A DNA stretch of 64,000 nt from an uncultured Leptospirales bacterium (GCA_964529415.1 CAZGWD010000001.1:186611-250610), one strand, 5' to 3'; positions 27,980-38,906 are shown, numbered from the stretch's first letter. The notes: a model not told the origin generated them from the sequence alone. A program made the numbers and translations.

Positions 27980-30900
27980 TTAAAAAAGCAGTGTAAAATT
28001 CAATGCTATTTCATAAGAAAAAACTTCTCTGCTTATTCCGGCTGTAAGCCAGCTTCTGTATTGTTCAAGTGCAAATCTGCTTTGAAGACCGCCCTGAATA
28101 TTCTTATGAAGATCCAGAGTCAGTTTCATATTAAATAAATAGGAGTCGTAAGGCTGGGGTGACACGCTCATGCTGTAATCATACCTGTTTATTGCCATGA
28201 TATATTCAAAAGTAAAAATAGGCGAAGCTGTAAGTTTATAAAAATTTGCAAAGAAATTATACAGCCAGTTTACATCCGTTTCAAAAATAAAAGATAATTT
28301 AAAACCCATATCTGTATTTTTAAATAGTGTATTTCCAGGAATATTTTTTGCATAAATAGAGTCCGGCCCTCCATCATCAATTATGAACTCCTTGGAAAAT
28401 CTTTCCTTGTAATCAACTCCTGTTTTTATTCCGATATTGGCTCTTCCCAATTTTATAGAAAAGCCGATCAATGGTGAATGAACTATTTCTTCTATATTTG
28501 TAGTTATAAGCATATTATCTGAGATGGAATAGCCGATATCGAAAACAAGTCCGTGATATGGTTTTCCTATCTGATTCGGCCTGAAAAATGCTCCGGTTGT
28601 GAAAAGTTTCATGAAATCAAAAGTGAAATTAATTCCGTATCTGAATGTTATAACCTGCTGGGAAACACCGAATATATTCAGTCTTTCTGCAACCTGATTT
28701 AATGAAAGCTGTGATACGACTGCTATTTTATCAAAATCGAGAGTGAAATTAAATGAAAAATTATCTATAAGCCTGAGGTTATTATTGTATCCGGTATATT
28801 GAGTTCCGGAAGTATGATTATTAATTGTTCCTGTGATATAATCTCTTCCTGCTGCAGAATTATTTCTGCCAGTGAAAAAATAACCAGGCCAGTATTGGAA
28901 TATATTGAGCGCAGCACCTGCTATAGAATTCAAAGCTCTTGCAATGCCGTATTGTTCATTTCCCTGGGCTGTTTTTTCTCCTTCATAAGGGATATCAGTT
29001 TCATATAGATAAACAGAACGCAGATAGTTGAATGAGAAATTTTTAATGAATTTTGTTTCCGGAATTTTATATAAATTAATTGGTAAAGCAATCTGCGTTG
29101 ACATGTAGCTTCTTGCGTCCTTAACTCTTTTAAATTCCGGTTCAGGCGATGTTGCAAAATTGAAATCCCTGAATCTGTTTTCAAGGTAATTAATATCCAT
29201 TTTATACTGCGGAGAAACGTAATGTGACTGATTAATTCCAATTACAAATCCTGTAAGCATGCTTTTTTCAACGAATCTAAAATCATTTCCTTCATAAGCA
29301 AATGGGAAATGAAAATTACCGTTAACATTTCCTGTTATTTCTGTATTGTTCAGGGACTGCAATGAAACACCATTTACAATTTCTTCGGAAGCAGTAGAAA
29401 AATTAGGCTGTATATAAAATATTTTATTCTGGTAATCAAGATTAATTACTGCAGCAGATTTCTGGCGTTTCTCTGAAACATTTGATGGAAGAAATGTTGT
29501 ATCGCGGGTAATTGTATCTTCTTTGAAAAGCATATTCATATTAAAAACTGCATTAAGTTTACCCCATAAAAAGTTATCAATTTTTTCTATTATAGTAATT
29601 AGTGGGGTATGAATTGAGCTTGTAGCTGTTTTATTTACAAGTGTGCTGTTGATCCGTTCATTTACACTCTGGTTATAGTTATCATTTTTATATGATACTT
29701 TTACTGTTGGAACAGCATTTGTATTAGAGACATAATCAGAAGCAACGAAAATGCTGTTGTATTTTCTTGCTCCTCTTTTCGAATCAATTACTTTTTCATT
29801 AAGGCTGTCTGTTGCAGAATCTTCAATATACATGGCAAACTGTGTGTTCCAATTAGGCAGTATTTTTACAGATGATGTGAGCTCATGATATAGTTCTGAA
29901 ATATCGGAATCTTTTTTACCAATAGTATTGAAATTTGCTCCATAACCTTTGGTTGTATATTTTATTGCAAAATCTGAAAATAAAGGAGTACCGTCTTTTG
30001 TTATAAAGAGAGGTTTGGTTATTTTTAGTTCAGTTTCAACCCAGTGCGCTCCATCTTCAAGTACGTCGGGCTCTGAAGCATAGATGTTATCTATCCAGAG
30101 TTTTCCACTGTGGCCTGCTGCTGAATTATATACAACTGCTTTTATAAATATTATGCGTTTCATATCAGGAAAACCTGTTACTGTTCCTGCAACAGATCCG
30201 GATGATCCGTTTTTCAGTTTCATTTTAATTTCACGCCATGCTCCGTCATTATTCATATTGAATTTATATTCAATAAAATCGCTGTCAGATGAACCTATAA
30301 TGATTCCAATCTGATCACCTGGGGAGGATGTCGGGCGGATATTCAGCCATAAATTGAGAGTATTATAAAATCGCAAATCCATTGTGTTTTGAAATCTTTG
30401 AGTAACTGAAACACTCGTTTGTACAGGGATTGGATTGCTGTTAATAGTGTAAACAAGCTGCAGGGAGCTTTCTGTCTGTTTGGCGAGATCCTGCGAATTT
30501 TTTTCCCCATAAAGCTGCTTGTAAACTTCCGGGTTGGACAAAATAAATGAATTAGCACTGTATTCAACGTCAGAAATATTATTCACAATAGAAACATTTA
30601 ACGTGTCAGCTAGTGCTTTTTGAATATTACTCCATTTCAAAGCAACAAATTTAATGTTGTCTATGTAAAGTTTTCCTGTTGATCCTGCACCGCCTGTTCT
30701 TTTAATATATAGCCTTAGGGACTCAACCTGTTTCATAATTGATTTATCAACTTCATTAGTCAAATCCACAGGTATTACAATTGTTTTCCATTGTGTTGAT
30801 GATGTGATTGTTGAACTTGGAATTGTATAAACACTTTCAAGAGTATCAAGAATCCCGTTTCCGTTCAAGTCCTCGCTGTTTAAAACGCCGTCTCCCATGG

Positions 30901-33664
30901 TTGATGTTGAAAGTCTTGGCCCAGAACCGACTCTTGCTGTAGCATTACTATTGAATCTATATCCGAAGAAATCGTAGCCAACATCTTCGTAATAATTCAA
31001 TGAAGGATCAGAATCGAGCAATCCGTTTCGATTTAGATCTTCAGTACCGAGAATTCCATTCGCATCGGAATCCTCATTTATTTTTCCAAGATCGAAATTG
31101 ATAGTAATATCCGCTGTTCCCTGGTACATGTAAGATACTTCAACATATTGGAGTCCTGAAAAATCAACAGCTGTAGTTGAAAGTTTTCGTGAAGCAACTG
31201 AAACAATAGTTTCCGTACCGCCTTCGTATGAAAAATTCATATCAAAAACAAGAGATCTCTGGGATGCTTCAGGAGTTATATTAAAAGGTACATGTCCTGT
31301 TGCTACATTATACGGTCCGGATTTTATTCTGTAATCCACAGGAATTGCAGAATATCCCGGCCCGAATAAAGTTCCGGGATTAAGTGGATCTCTGTAGAAA
31401 TAATAATTCAGCATTGCTCTGTCCAGATATGAAGAAAGTAATGGCATTGATGCGAGCTGCCATTCTTTTTCTGAAGTTGAAATAGCAATAATTTCATTTG
31501 CTGATTCGAGGTTATCGATCAGCGCTTTTCCGAAAGTATTGAATGTGTTGTAGCTTCGTGCGTATTCGCCGTATGCTTTAAATTCTACTGGAACAGTTCT
31601 GTAATTCGTGCCTGCTATTGCATTTACAACACCTGCCATTTTTCTTTCGTTCAGATCCAGAGAAACATCACCTTCGAATAAAAAAAGCTGATTCGGTGTA
31701 TTTCCTATCATTGGAATGCTTGTTGTTCCGGAAGAATTTGAATACAGAATGCTTCCACCAAAATTAATAGCATCCAGGACTTTATAATCAACACGCACAC
31801 CTCCTATAAAAGACTGGCTCTGGGATAAAAACGGCATGTATTCATATTTAATTTCTATTTTAGTTTCAGGCCCAATTACAGGATTATTCGGATCAAGAAA
31901 CATTAAAAAACCTGAAACATGATCAACCATGTATAAACCCTGGGCGATCTCAATATCATTGACCTTTACCCGTACGCTGTTCGGCAGAAGATTAAAATGT
32001 TTCAGCTGGAAGCTTCGGGCTTCCTTGTAGTAGTCTATTTTAATATTATATCTGGAATACTGATATGCTGATGTTGTCTGATTTTCAGTATATATATACT
32101 GAAAAAAATTTGACGGAAGAACTGTTTTAAAAGGCTCTCTGAGAGTAAACTGTATTAAACCTTTTGAATAATCAATTGTAAACTTGCCCAGTTTCTTTTG
32201 CGCTGTCTGGTCCATGTTCTGGTTTTCATTATAGAATTTAAGGCTGAAGTTGTCTGTTAAAAGCTGTCTGTCTCCAATCTGATAAAAAGACCGTATTTCA
32301 TAAACGTCAAGGTGAACTTTGTGGTCATCGATTACAGATAAACCTTTTGAAGTTGGATTTATATAAATATATGGACTTGTAGCTGTTTTCTCAGTAATTG
32401 AATAATTATATTTTATGAAAACAAATATTTTACCTGAAAACTGTCCACCAGGGTGATCAATATCTCCAGGCGGATATGCTGATGAATCTGTTGTTACTGT
32501 TGAACCGCCGCTTAAAGTATATACAGCAAAGATTTTTGCATTTGCAGGAATATCTCTGATAAATGTTATTACTCCTGTTGTAAAGTTTATTGTATATTCA
32601 GCTCCCTGCATTAATTTTGTATAATGACCCTGGGTATCAACTTTGGATAGCTGAATGGAATTAAGATTCAAATTTGGATTTTGCGGGTCCATATAAAGCT
32701 CAAAACTGTTCGGATCTATGTTCACCTGTGTTAAAGAATATGTATCAGGATTTGATGGATTGGATGTTATAGTAACCGATGTAGCAAATTCACCTTCTAA
32801 TGGAGGAGTTGTTCGAGCATCATACCTTTTAAAAGGCTCAAGCTGATAAAACATTTTTTTAATGTAATTATATTCTGCAAGCTTGTTGCTTCCTGGCGAG
32901 GAATTTCCTCTGAAATATTCAATTTCTGTCTGGCCTTTTGAGACACTTCCAAATGCCTTGATCTGAAGATTGTTTTTCTTTAGTGTTACATCAATACCCA
33001 TTCCCTTTGATGTAGTGTTATCGTAAACTGCATATTTGGAATGATTGAATTTAATGTCAATTTCACCTGCATTTATTTCTCGAATAAGTTCATCATCGCG
33101 AATTGCTTTATATTGAATTAAATATTTATTATCTCTCTTGTTGCTGTCATGATCAATAAATACTGTAAGTCTTTTGCCGATTTTCCCTTCCATGTGAACC
33201 TGCATCTGCTGTTCAGGAAGAAAACCCGGCTGTATCAGTCTTGATACAGGAGCGTCCGTATCATATTGCTTGTATTTCTCGTTTGTAAAAACAGATCCTC
33301 CGTATTTCAGATTCAGTTTCATATTTCCGTAAGATAACAGCTGGAACTCCTCATCTGAATCAATTAGAATAGTTTTTTTTTGTTCATCGGAAAGCTTGCC
33401 GTATTCTGGATAATTAATATATTTCTGCCAGTCTCCGGTTTTATATCCGAATGATTGAGCTGAGTTTTTGAATGCAAGTGTTCCTGTTGAAATTTCGGAG
33501 GATTTTTCAGGGTCTATTATTTTTGTTTCTTCTGTGAGCTTGTGCGCGTTTATATAATCAAGAACTTTATCCCGATAAGGTTTTTCATCAGGTGCGCTCA
33601 ATGCAATTATTGCCGCTGCTGATAGCGGTAATGTCAGGAAATATATCCAGGAGTATTTAAGCAT
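27980..33664 (-). CDS. giant outer-membrane beta-barrel protein, SprA-like (candidate T9SS translocon)
   Basis: 1894 aa with a signal peptide and a beta-rich, N/T/S/Y-rich composition. The C-terminal strand ends in ...NFTLLF. Size and architecture match the SprA/Sov family; no alignment was possible here. Confidence 0.4.
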   Translation of the reverse strand: MLKYSWIYFLTLPLSAAAIIALSAPDEKPYRDKVLDYINAHKLTEETKIIDPEKSSEISTGTLAFKNSAQSFGYKTGDWQKYINYPEYGKLSDEQKKTILIDSDEEFQLLSYGNMKLNLKYGGSVFTNEKYKQYDTDAPVSRLIQPGFLPEQQMQVHMEGKIGKRLTVFIDHDSNKRDNKYLIQYKAIRDDELIREINAGEIDIKFNHSKYAVYDNTTSKGMGIDVTLKKNNLQIKAFGSVSKGQTEIEYFRGNSSPGSNKLAEYNYIKKMFYQLEPFKRYDARTTPPLEGEFATSVTITSNPSNPDTYSLTQVNIDPNSFELYMDPQNPNLNLNSIQLSKVDTQGHYTKLMQGAEYTINFTTGVITFIRDIPANAKIFAVYTLSGGSTVTTDSSAYPPGDIDHPGGQFSGKIFVFIKYNYSITEKTATSPYIYINPTSKGLSVIDDHKVHLDVYEIRSFYQIGDRQLLTDNFSLKFYNENQNMDQTAQKKLGKFTIDYSKGLIQFTLREPFKTVLPSNFFQYIYTENQTTSAYQYSRYNIKIDYYKEARSFQLKHFNLLPNSVRVKVNDIEIAQGLYMVDHVSGFLMFLDPNNPVIGPETKIEIKYEYMPFLSQSQSFIGGVRVDYKVLDAINFGGSILYSNSSGTTSIPMIGNTPNQLFLFEGDVSLDLNERKMAGVVNAIAGTNYRTVPVEFKAYGEYARSYNTFNTFGKALIDNLESANEIIAISTSEKEWQLASMPLLSSYLDRAMLNYYFYRDPLNPGTLFGPGYSAIPVDYRIKSGPYNVATGHVPFNITPEASQRSLVFDMNFSYEGGTETIVSVASRKLSTTAVDFSGLQYVEVSYMYQGTADITINFDLGKINEDSDANGILGTEDLNRNGLLDSDPSLNYYEDVGYDFFGYRFNSNATARVGSGPRLSTSTMGDGVLNSEDLNGNGILDTLESVYTIPSSTITSSTQWKTIVIPVDLTNEVDKSIMKQVESLRLYIKRTGGAGSTGKLYIDNIKFVALKWSNIQKALADTLNVSIVNNISDVEYSANSFILSNPEVYKQLYGEKNSQDLAKQTESSLQLVYTINSNPIPVQTSVSVTQRFQNTMDLRFYNTLNLWLNIRPTSSPGDQIGIIIGSSDSDFIEYKFNMNNDGAWREIKMKLKNGSSGSVAGTVTGFPDMKRIIFIKAVVYNSAAGHSGKLWIDNIYASEPDVLEDGAHWVETELKITKPLFITKDGTPLFSDFAIKYTTKGYGANFNTIGKKDSDISELYHELTSSVKILPNWNTQFAMYIEDSATDSLNEKVIDSKRGARKYNSIFVASDYVSNTNAVPTVKVSYKNDNYNQSVNERINSTLVNKTATSSIHTPLITIIEKIDNFLWGKLNAVFNMNMLFKEDTITRDTTFLPSNVSEKRQKSAAVINLDYQNKIFYIQPNFSTASEEIVNGVSLQSLNNTEITGNVNGNFHFPFAYEGNDFRFVEKSMLTGFVIGINQSHYVSPQYKMDINYLENRFRDFNFATSPEPEFKRVKDARSYMSTQIALPINLYKIPETKFIKNFSFNYLRSVYLYETDIPYEGEKTAQGNEQYGIARALNSIAGAALNIFQYWPGYFFTGRNNSAAGRDYITGTINNHTSGTQYTGYNNNLRLIDNFSFNFTLDFDKIAVVSQLSLNQVAERLNIFGVSQQVITFRYGINFTFDFMKLFTTGAFFRPNQIGKPYHGLVFDIGYSISDNMLITTNIEEIVHSPLIGFSIKLGRANIGIKTGVDYKERFSKEFIIDDGGPDSIYAKNIPGNTLFKNTDMGFKLSFIFETDVNWLYNFFANFYKLTASPIFTFEYIMAINRYDYSMSVSPQPYDSYLFNMKLTLDLHKNIQGGLQSRFALEQYRSWLTAGISREVFSYEIALNFTLLF

Positions 33665-33869
33665 AATTTTTTATTTTGAATTTGTTTTAGCAAATAAGAT
33701 TGGAAGGTACATACATATAATACAATCAAAAAAAAGAGTAATAAAATTAATATTACAGTATTTTTTAATAAGAATTAATAAAGATCGGAATGCAGAGAAT
33801 TCGAAAAAAATATTTTGTTTTTAGAATAGAATCAATCCTAAACTCGAAGCAAATATTTTTTTTGTGGAA

Positions 33870-34865
33870 TTACCAGATTCTGCTCATATATGGATAAGGA
33901 TTTATTGGTAAATTACCAAGCCGGATTTCATAATGGCAGTGATTTCCGGTTGCATTACCCGTTTGTCCGACATATCCTACAACCTGGCCTTTTTGAATAT
34001 TTGCGCCATTTTCAACTGCTGTTTTGCTGCAATGAGCATATATTGTTTCAAAGCCGTATTTATGTTTTATTCTTACAGTGAATCCGTATCCGCCAGTCCA
34101 ACCTACTGATGCAACAACACCTGGAGCGGTTGCCCGTATTGGCGTTCCGTTTGATGCAGCGATATCTATACCTGTATGAAAATCACGTCCATATCCGAAA
34201 GGAGAACGTCTCCAGCCGAATAATGAAGTAATGTGTCCGTCATTTGGAATGATAGATGGAGTATCTTTTACTACTTTGCTTCTTACATCGATAAAATTTT
34301 TGACTGTTTTAACGGTATTTGTAGTGCAGATAATATCTTTCTGAATATCCTTAATCATGAAAATTTCATCCGGCAGTAGATTTTTAATTTTCCTGAGTTC
34401 TTCAAGTGTTTCCTTGTCATAATCCTGTAAAGCCCAGATTTTTTCTTTTTCCTTGCTGCCTGCAGTGTATTCGTAAATGTCTTCAATTTCAGGTTTAATA
34501 TCGCTGATCTGATCTTTTATGCTTACTGTAAGATTCTCAAAAATAAGCAGCTGCGCTCTTATGTCATGATATGTCAGGAGAAGTCTTTTTTCCTCTCTTT
34601 TTATAGCATTATTTCTGATAAGAGCATATGAAGACGTAACGAGAACTATCATGAATAGCAATACAAAAAATGAGATTGTAAATTTTGATATCTGAAAGTT
34701 GAATATTTTTTTTTCGTTATGAGGAATGAACATTATAGTCATTCTTTCATGGCCTTTCTGTAAAAAGTAGTCCCATTTTTTGCCGAATTTTTTCTTAAAA
34801 ATCTGCAGTTTTTCATTTGCTTTGCCGTTAAAGCGGCTCTGAAATTTCTTTATTTTATATTTCAT
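33870..34865 (-). CDS. M23 family metallopeptidase (EnvC/NlpD-like) with N-terminal TM and coiled coil
   Basis: FHTGIDIAASNGTPIRATAPGVV...GNHCHYEI is the M23 LytM signature (HxxxD...HxH). Confidence 0.8.
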   Translation of the reverse strand: MKYKIKKFQSRFNGKANEKLQIFKKKFGKKWDYFLQKGHERMTIMFIPHNEKKIFNFQISKFTISFFVLLFMIVLVTSSYALIRNNAIKREEKRLLLTYHDIRAQLLIFENLTVSIKDQISDIKPEIEDIYEYTAGSKEKEKIWALQDYDKETLEELRKIKNLLPDEIFMIKDIQKDIICTTNTVKTVKNFIDVRSKVVKDTPSIIPNDGHITSLFGWRRSPFGYGRDFHTGIDIAASNGTPIRATAPGVVASVGWTGGYGFTVRIKHKYGFETIYAHCSKTAVENGANIQKGQVVGYVGQTGNATGNHCHYEIRLGNLPINPYPYMSRIW

Positions 34866-34955
34866 TATATTTTATTTTCCGGATTATATTATTTCAATTG
34901 CTTATATTCAATATCGATTATTTGTATAGAAGATGCAAGAATTTTTTTTGAATTT

Positions 34956-37139
34956 TTATGCTTTGAATCTTTTTAGAGCAAGTGAGTTTGATACAACAGA
35001 AACAGAACTTAAAGCCATTGCAGCTCCTGCAAACACGGGATTCAGCAAACCAAGCGCAGCAACAGGAATTCCTATGACATTATAAAAAAATGCCCAAAAC
35101 AGATTCTGCTTAATTTTAGTCATGGTTTTTCTTGAAAGCATTATTGCGGTAACAACTGAAAGCAGATCGCCTTTTATTAGTGTGATATCAGATGATTCAA
35201 TTGCAATATCTGTACCAGTGCCGATTGCAATGCCTATATCCGCTGATACAAGAGCTGGAGAATCATTTATTCCATCTCCGGCCATTGCAACAATCCTTCC
35301 TTCATTTTTTAACTTGATAATCTCCTCTGATTTCCCGTCAGGTAAAACTTCAGCAATGACTTTTTTAATTCCTGCAAGATTGGCTATATACTGCGCTGTT
35401 CTTAGATTATCACCTGTAATCATAATCACTTCAAGGCCTAATTTTTTCAGCTGTTTTACTGCTTCAGAAGAGGTTTTTTTAAGTGTATCAGCAACAGCTA
35501 TCAGGCCTGCAGTTTCATTATTTACTGCAGCTATCATTACAGTCTTACCGGTTTTTTCAAGGGAATCTATCTTATCAATAAATGATGAGTATGATATTTT
35601 TTTATCATTCATGAATTTGGCATTACCTATTGAAATTTTTTTGCCTGATATAACCGCATCTACACCCTTACCGGGAACTGCCTGAAATTCCTGAACAGGC
35701 AGAAGTTCTCCGTAATTCAAAAACGCATAATCTGAAATTGCAGCTGCTACAGGATGCTCTGAATTTTTTTCTGCAGATCCTGCAAGAATTGCAAGTTCGC
35801 TGTCTGTAAAATTTTCTGCAGAAATTATATCTGTTACCACAGGCTTGCCTTGTGTAAGAGTTCCTGTTTTATCAAGTACTATTGTATTTATTTTATGCGC
35901 AAGTTCAAGGCTGTCCGGATTTTTAATAAGGATGCCGTTTTCTGCTCCTTTGCCTGTGCCAACCATAATTGCTGTTGGAGTTGCAAGGCCTAAAGCGCAT
36001 GGGCAGGCAATAACAAGAACAGCAACAGCTGCCATTAATCCGCCTGTGAAATTTCCAAAACCGAAATACCAGACAGAAAATGTAACTGCTGCAATTGCAA
36101 GGACTGATGGCACAAAAATACCTGCAATCTTATCTGCAAGTTTTTGAATCGAAGGTTTAAGTCCCTGGGCTTTTTCAACAGATTCTATAATATGCGAGAG
36201 AAAGGTATTTTTTCCTATTTTTTCAGCAGTAAATTTAAATGTTCCGTAAAGATTGATTGTACCTGCTGAAACAGGATTTCCGTATAATTTGTCCACAGGC
36301 ATACTTTCGCCTGTTATCATGCTTTCATCAACTGAAGATTCTCCTTCAAGAATTGTGCCGTCAGCAGGAATTCTTTCTCCTGGCTTAATCAGAACTATAT
36401 CACCAGGCAGAACATTATCTATCGAAGTTAATGTTTCCACGTCATTTTTAATAATTACTGCTTTATCCGGCTGAAGATTCATAAGCTTTTTTATAGCCTC
36501 AGATGTCCGTCCTTTTGCTGATTCTTCAAGATATTTGCCGAGCAGTACTAAAGTTATAATTACTGTAGAGGCTTCAAAATACAGATTCATTTTGTCTGTA
36601 GAAACTGGAGAAAAAAAACCGTTATATACGCTGAATGAAAAAGCGGATAATGTTCCTATCGAAACAAGAACATCCATTCCGGGGCTCAATGATTTTAAAC
36701 TGTGATATGAATTTTTATAGAACCGCCAGCCAACAACAAATTGAACCGGAGCTGAGAGGAAAAGCTGAAATAACGGATCATGAAGTAAATGAATATTAAT
36801 ATTAACAAGCTGAAGTAACATACCAAGTACAAGCGGAAAAGATAAAATTGATGATATGAAAATAAGGATTTTCAGCTTTTTTATTTCATCCAGTTTCTTC
36901 TCATTAACTTCATTTTGAGCAATTGCTTCGTAACCAAGATTATGTACTGTTTCTATTAACTTTTCAATATTTACACTTTCCGGATTAATATCAATATAAG
37001 CTTTTTCTGCAGCAAAATTTACATTAGCTGAATTAACTCCAATAGTTTTATTGAGTCCTTTTTCAATTCTAAGTGCGCATGCTGCACACGACATTCCTGA
37101 AAGCTGCAGTTCTATTTTTTTAGTCATAATTTTTCTCAT
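34956..37139 (-). CDS. copA: copper-translocating P1B-type ATPase
   Basis: HMA domain GMSCAACALRIE, CPC motif IACPCALGLATP, DKTGTLT, GDGINDSPAL. Confidence 0.9.
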   Translation of the reverse strand: MRKIMTKKIELQLSGMSCAACALRIEKGLNKTIGVNSANVNFAAEKAYIDINPESVNIEKLIETVHNLGYEAIAQNEVNEKKLDEIKKLKILIFISSILSFPLVLGMLLQLVNINIHLLHDPLFQLFLSAPVQFVVGWRFYKNSYHSLKSLSPGMDVLVSIGTLSAFSFSVYNGFFSPVSTDKMNLYFEASTVIITLVLLGKYLEESAKGRTSEAIKKLMNLQPDKAVIIKNDVETLTSIDNVLPGDIVLIKPGERIPADGTILEGESSVDESMITGESMPVDKLYGNPVSAGTINLYGTFKFTAEKIGKNTFLSHIIESVEKAQGLKPSIQKLADKIAGIFVPSVLAIAAVTFSVWYFGFGNFTGGLMAAVAVLVIACPCALGLATPTAIMVGTGKGAENGILIKNPDSLELAHKINTIVLDKTGTLTQGKPVVTDIISAENFTDSELAILAGSAEKNSEHPVAAAISDYAFLNYGELLPVQEFQAVPGKGVDAVISGKKISIGNAKFMNDKKISYSSFIDKIDSLEKTGKTVMIAAVNNETAGLIAVADTLKKTSSEAVKQLKKLGLEVIMITGDNLRTAQYIANLAGIKKVIAEVLPDGKSEEIIKLKNEGRIVAMAGDGINDSPALVSADIGIAIGTGTDIAIESSDITLIKGDLLSVVTAIMLSRKTMTKIKQNLFWAFFYNVIGIPVAALGLLNPVFAGAAMALSSVSVVSNSLALKRFKA

Positions 37140-37291
37140 TTTCGCATTATTTAATCAATCCTAAGAATATAATAAGAAAATTTAAAACAAACAAGCAAAA
37201 TTAAATATATATTGAGGATTTATGTTTTCGTACAATAAAACCGCTTTTATACCGATAATAAATATTATAATTTCCCTGGAACGAATAAGAA

Positions 37292-37999
37292 ATGAAACAT
37301 ACTGATAATAATATACTGCAGAAAATAACTATATTACTGATGCTTCTTATTTTACCTGTATTGATTTCTGCTGAGGATTATCAGTATCAGTATTTTAATA
37401 ATGAAAAGGATGAAAGCCAGTACCTTCCATTCTCAGATTATATTGCTCGAAACAGGCTTCATAATGATACAGTTCCTCACTTTCTTGAAGATTTTTATGT
37501 TCTGTACGGTCTTAAACAATATTATAATGAGAATACGTTAAGGAAAAATATATCATATTTGCAGGCTGCTCTGAAAAGCAATTTCAGATTCCCTTCGAAA
37601 GCACTTGTTAAAATTAACTCAGATAAAGAATATCACAAATATAGAAATCTTATGTATATGCATATAAATCTTTTGATAATGAGAAGCCATATGACAATAG
37701 CTTCGAAATATGACAGGATAGAAGTAAAATTTTATGATCCTGTTTTTTCAAAACAAATAAATGAAAGCATGGACATTGCTGAAAAATATTATAAGGAAGC
37801 TCTGCCTTTCTGGAAAGAAGCTCAGAAATATTCCAAAGAAGCAGGCAAAATTAAAATTACAACGGATCTAAGTTTTATGGAATCTGAAAGATTTTCAATT
37901 AATAACGGTTCTCTCGATTTTGAAAAAATAATTAACACTCACCTTAAAAAGATTGAAAAGAAACGCAGAAAGCTTTCATCGTCAACTGCAGCTAAATAA
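37292..37999 (+). CDS. hypothetical secreted protein
   Basis: 235 aa with a signal peptide and a Lys-rich C-terminus. Confidence 0.4.
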   Translation: MKHTDNNILQKITILLMLLILPVLISAEDYQYQYFNNEKDESQYLPFSDYIARNRLHNDTVPHFLEDFYVLYGLKQYYNENTLRKNISYLQAALKSNFRFPSKALVKINSDKEYHKYRNLMYMHINLLIMRSHMTIASKYDRIEVKFYDPVFSKQINESMDIAEKYYKEALPFWKEAQKYSKEAGKIKITTDLSFMESERFSINNGSLDFEKIINTHLKKIEKKRRKLSSSTAAK

Positions 38000-38082
38000 A
38001 ATAATAAAAAGTAATTGCAATAACCCTGCATATAATCTATATTTAAAATAAATTAAGTATAATTTAGAATGGTAAGCTATTG

Positions 38083-38271
38083 ATGGAAAATTTGAAGTTA
38101 GGCGAATATCTTGTAAAAGGCGGTTCTATTTCTGAATGGCAGCTTGATTTAGCATTAAAAAAGCAGGCAAAAGACGGCGGTCTTCTTGGTGAAATTTTAA
38201 TTAGCCTTGGATATATTCATGACGAGCAATTAATTAAAGCTCTCAGGAGTCAGGCTGAAGATAGATTATAA
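38083..38271 (+). CDS. minimal stand-alone MshEN (T2SSE_N) motif protein; putative cyclic-di-GMP binding mini-protein
   Basis: 62 aa. KLGEYLVKGGSISEWQLDLALKKQ, then the 5-aa spacer AKDGG, then LLGEILISLGYIHDEQLIKALRSQ. This is two exact-length 24-residue MshEN motifs with the canonical 5-residue spacer. Confidence 0.5.
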   Translation: MENLKLGEYLVKGGSISEWQLDLALKKQAKDGGLLGEILISLGYIHDEQLIKALRSQAEDRL

Positions 38272-38284
38272 AATAGAGGTTTAC

Positions 38285-38863
38285 ATGAATAAAAAATTTG
38301 CAATTATAATAATTTTTTTAATGTTTATTCCAGTTGTTCTTTCTGCTCAGGAGTTTAAACCTGTATCAATAGGAATAAATGTAACAGCAGGCGGAAGATA
38401 CGATAATGTGAGAATGTGCGTGGCTACAGGCGGAGTATCTGGAGGCCCGGTAGCTGATATCATGCTTAATACAAGATTCAGCCCATCAAATGATTTTTCT
38501 TTTGTTCTTAATTTTCCGATTTTTCGCCCTATTCTTTTCGCATCTGCATTCAGCATGCTTCAGTTTGAACCTCAATTAACATTTGAATTCAGAACAAAAA
38601 TTTCTGAAAAATTATTTTTTGTCGGAGGACCGGGTCTTGGAGTAAGTTTAAACTACGGGCCAGACTATCATTCGAGCTTTAATTCAAGAGGCATGCCGTT
38701 TTTTTCTGCAGGGCCTATAATCAGTTCACTTTTTGGTTTGGGATTTTATGCAGGAAAAACTTATATGGTAACAGGATTAAGAATTTTTGCAATTCCACTT
38801 TTTTCCGATACTCTATCAGGGGTAGTTCTCGGCGGAGCTATTGATGTAAGTTTTTATTTTTAA
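38285..38863 (+). CDS. putative small outer-membrane beta-barrel/exported protein
   Basis: Signal peptide, Gly/Phe-rich beta-strand pattern, terminal SFYF. Confidence 0.4.
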   Translation: MNKKFAIIIIFLMFIPVVLSAQEFKPVSIGINVTAGGRYDNVRMCVATGGVSGGPVADIMLNTRFSPSNDFSFVLNFPIFRPILFASAFSMLQFEPQLTFEFRTKISEKLFFVGGPGLGVSLNYGPDYHSSFNSRGMPFFSAGPIISSLFGLGFYAGKTYMVTGLRIFAIPLFSDTLSGVVLGGAIDVSFYF

Positions 38864-38906
38864 ATAAAGATGTTTTAGTATTAAAGCAGGATTAGTTTTG
38901 AGTTGA

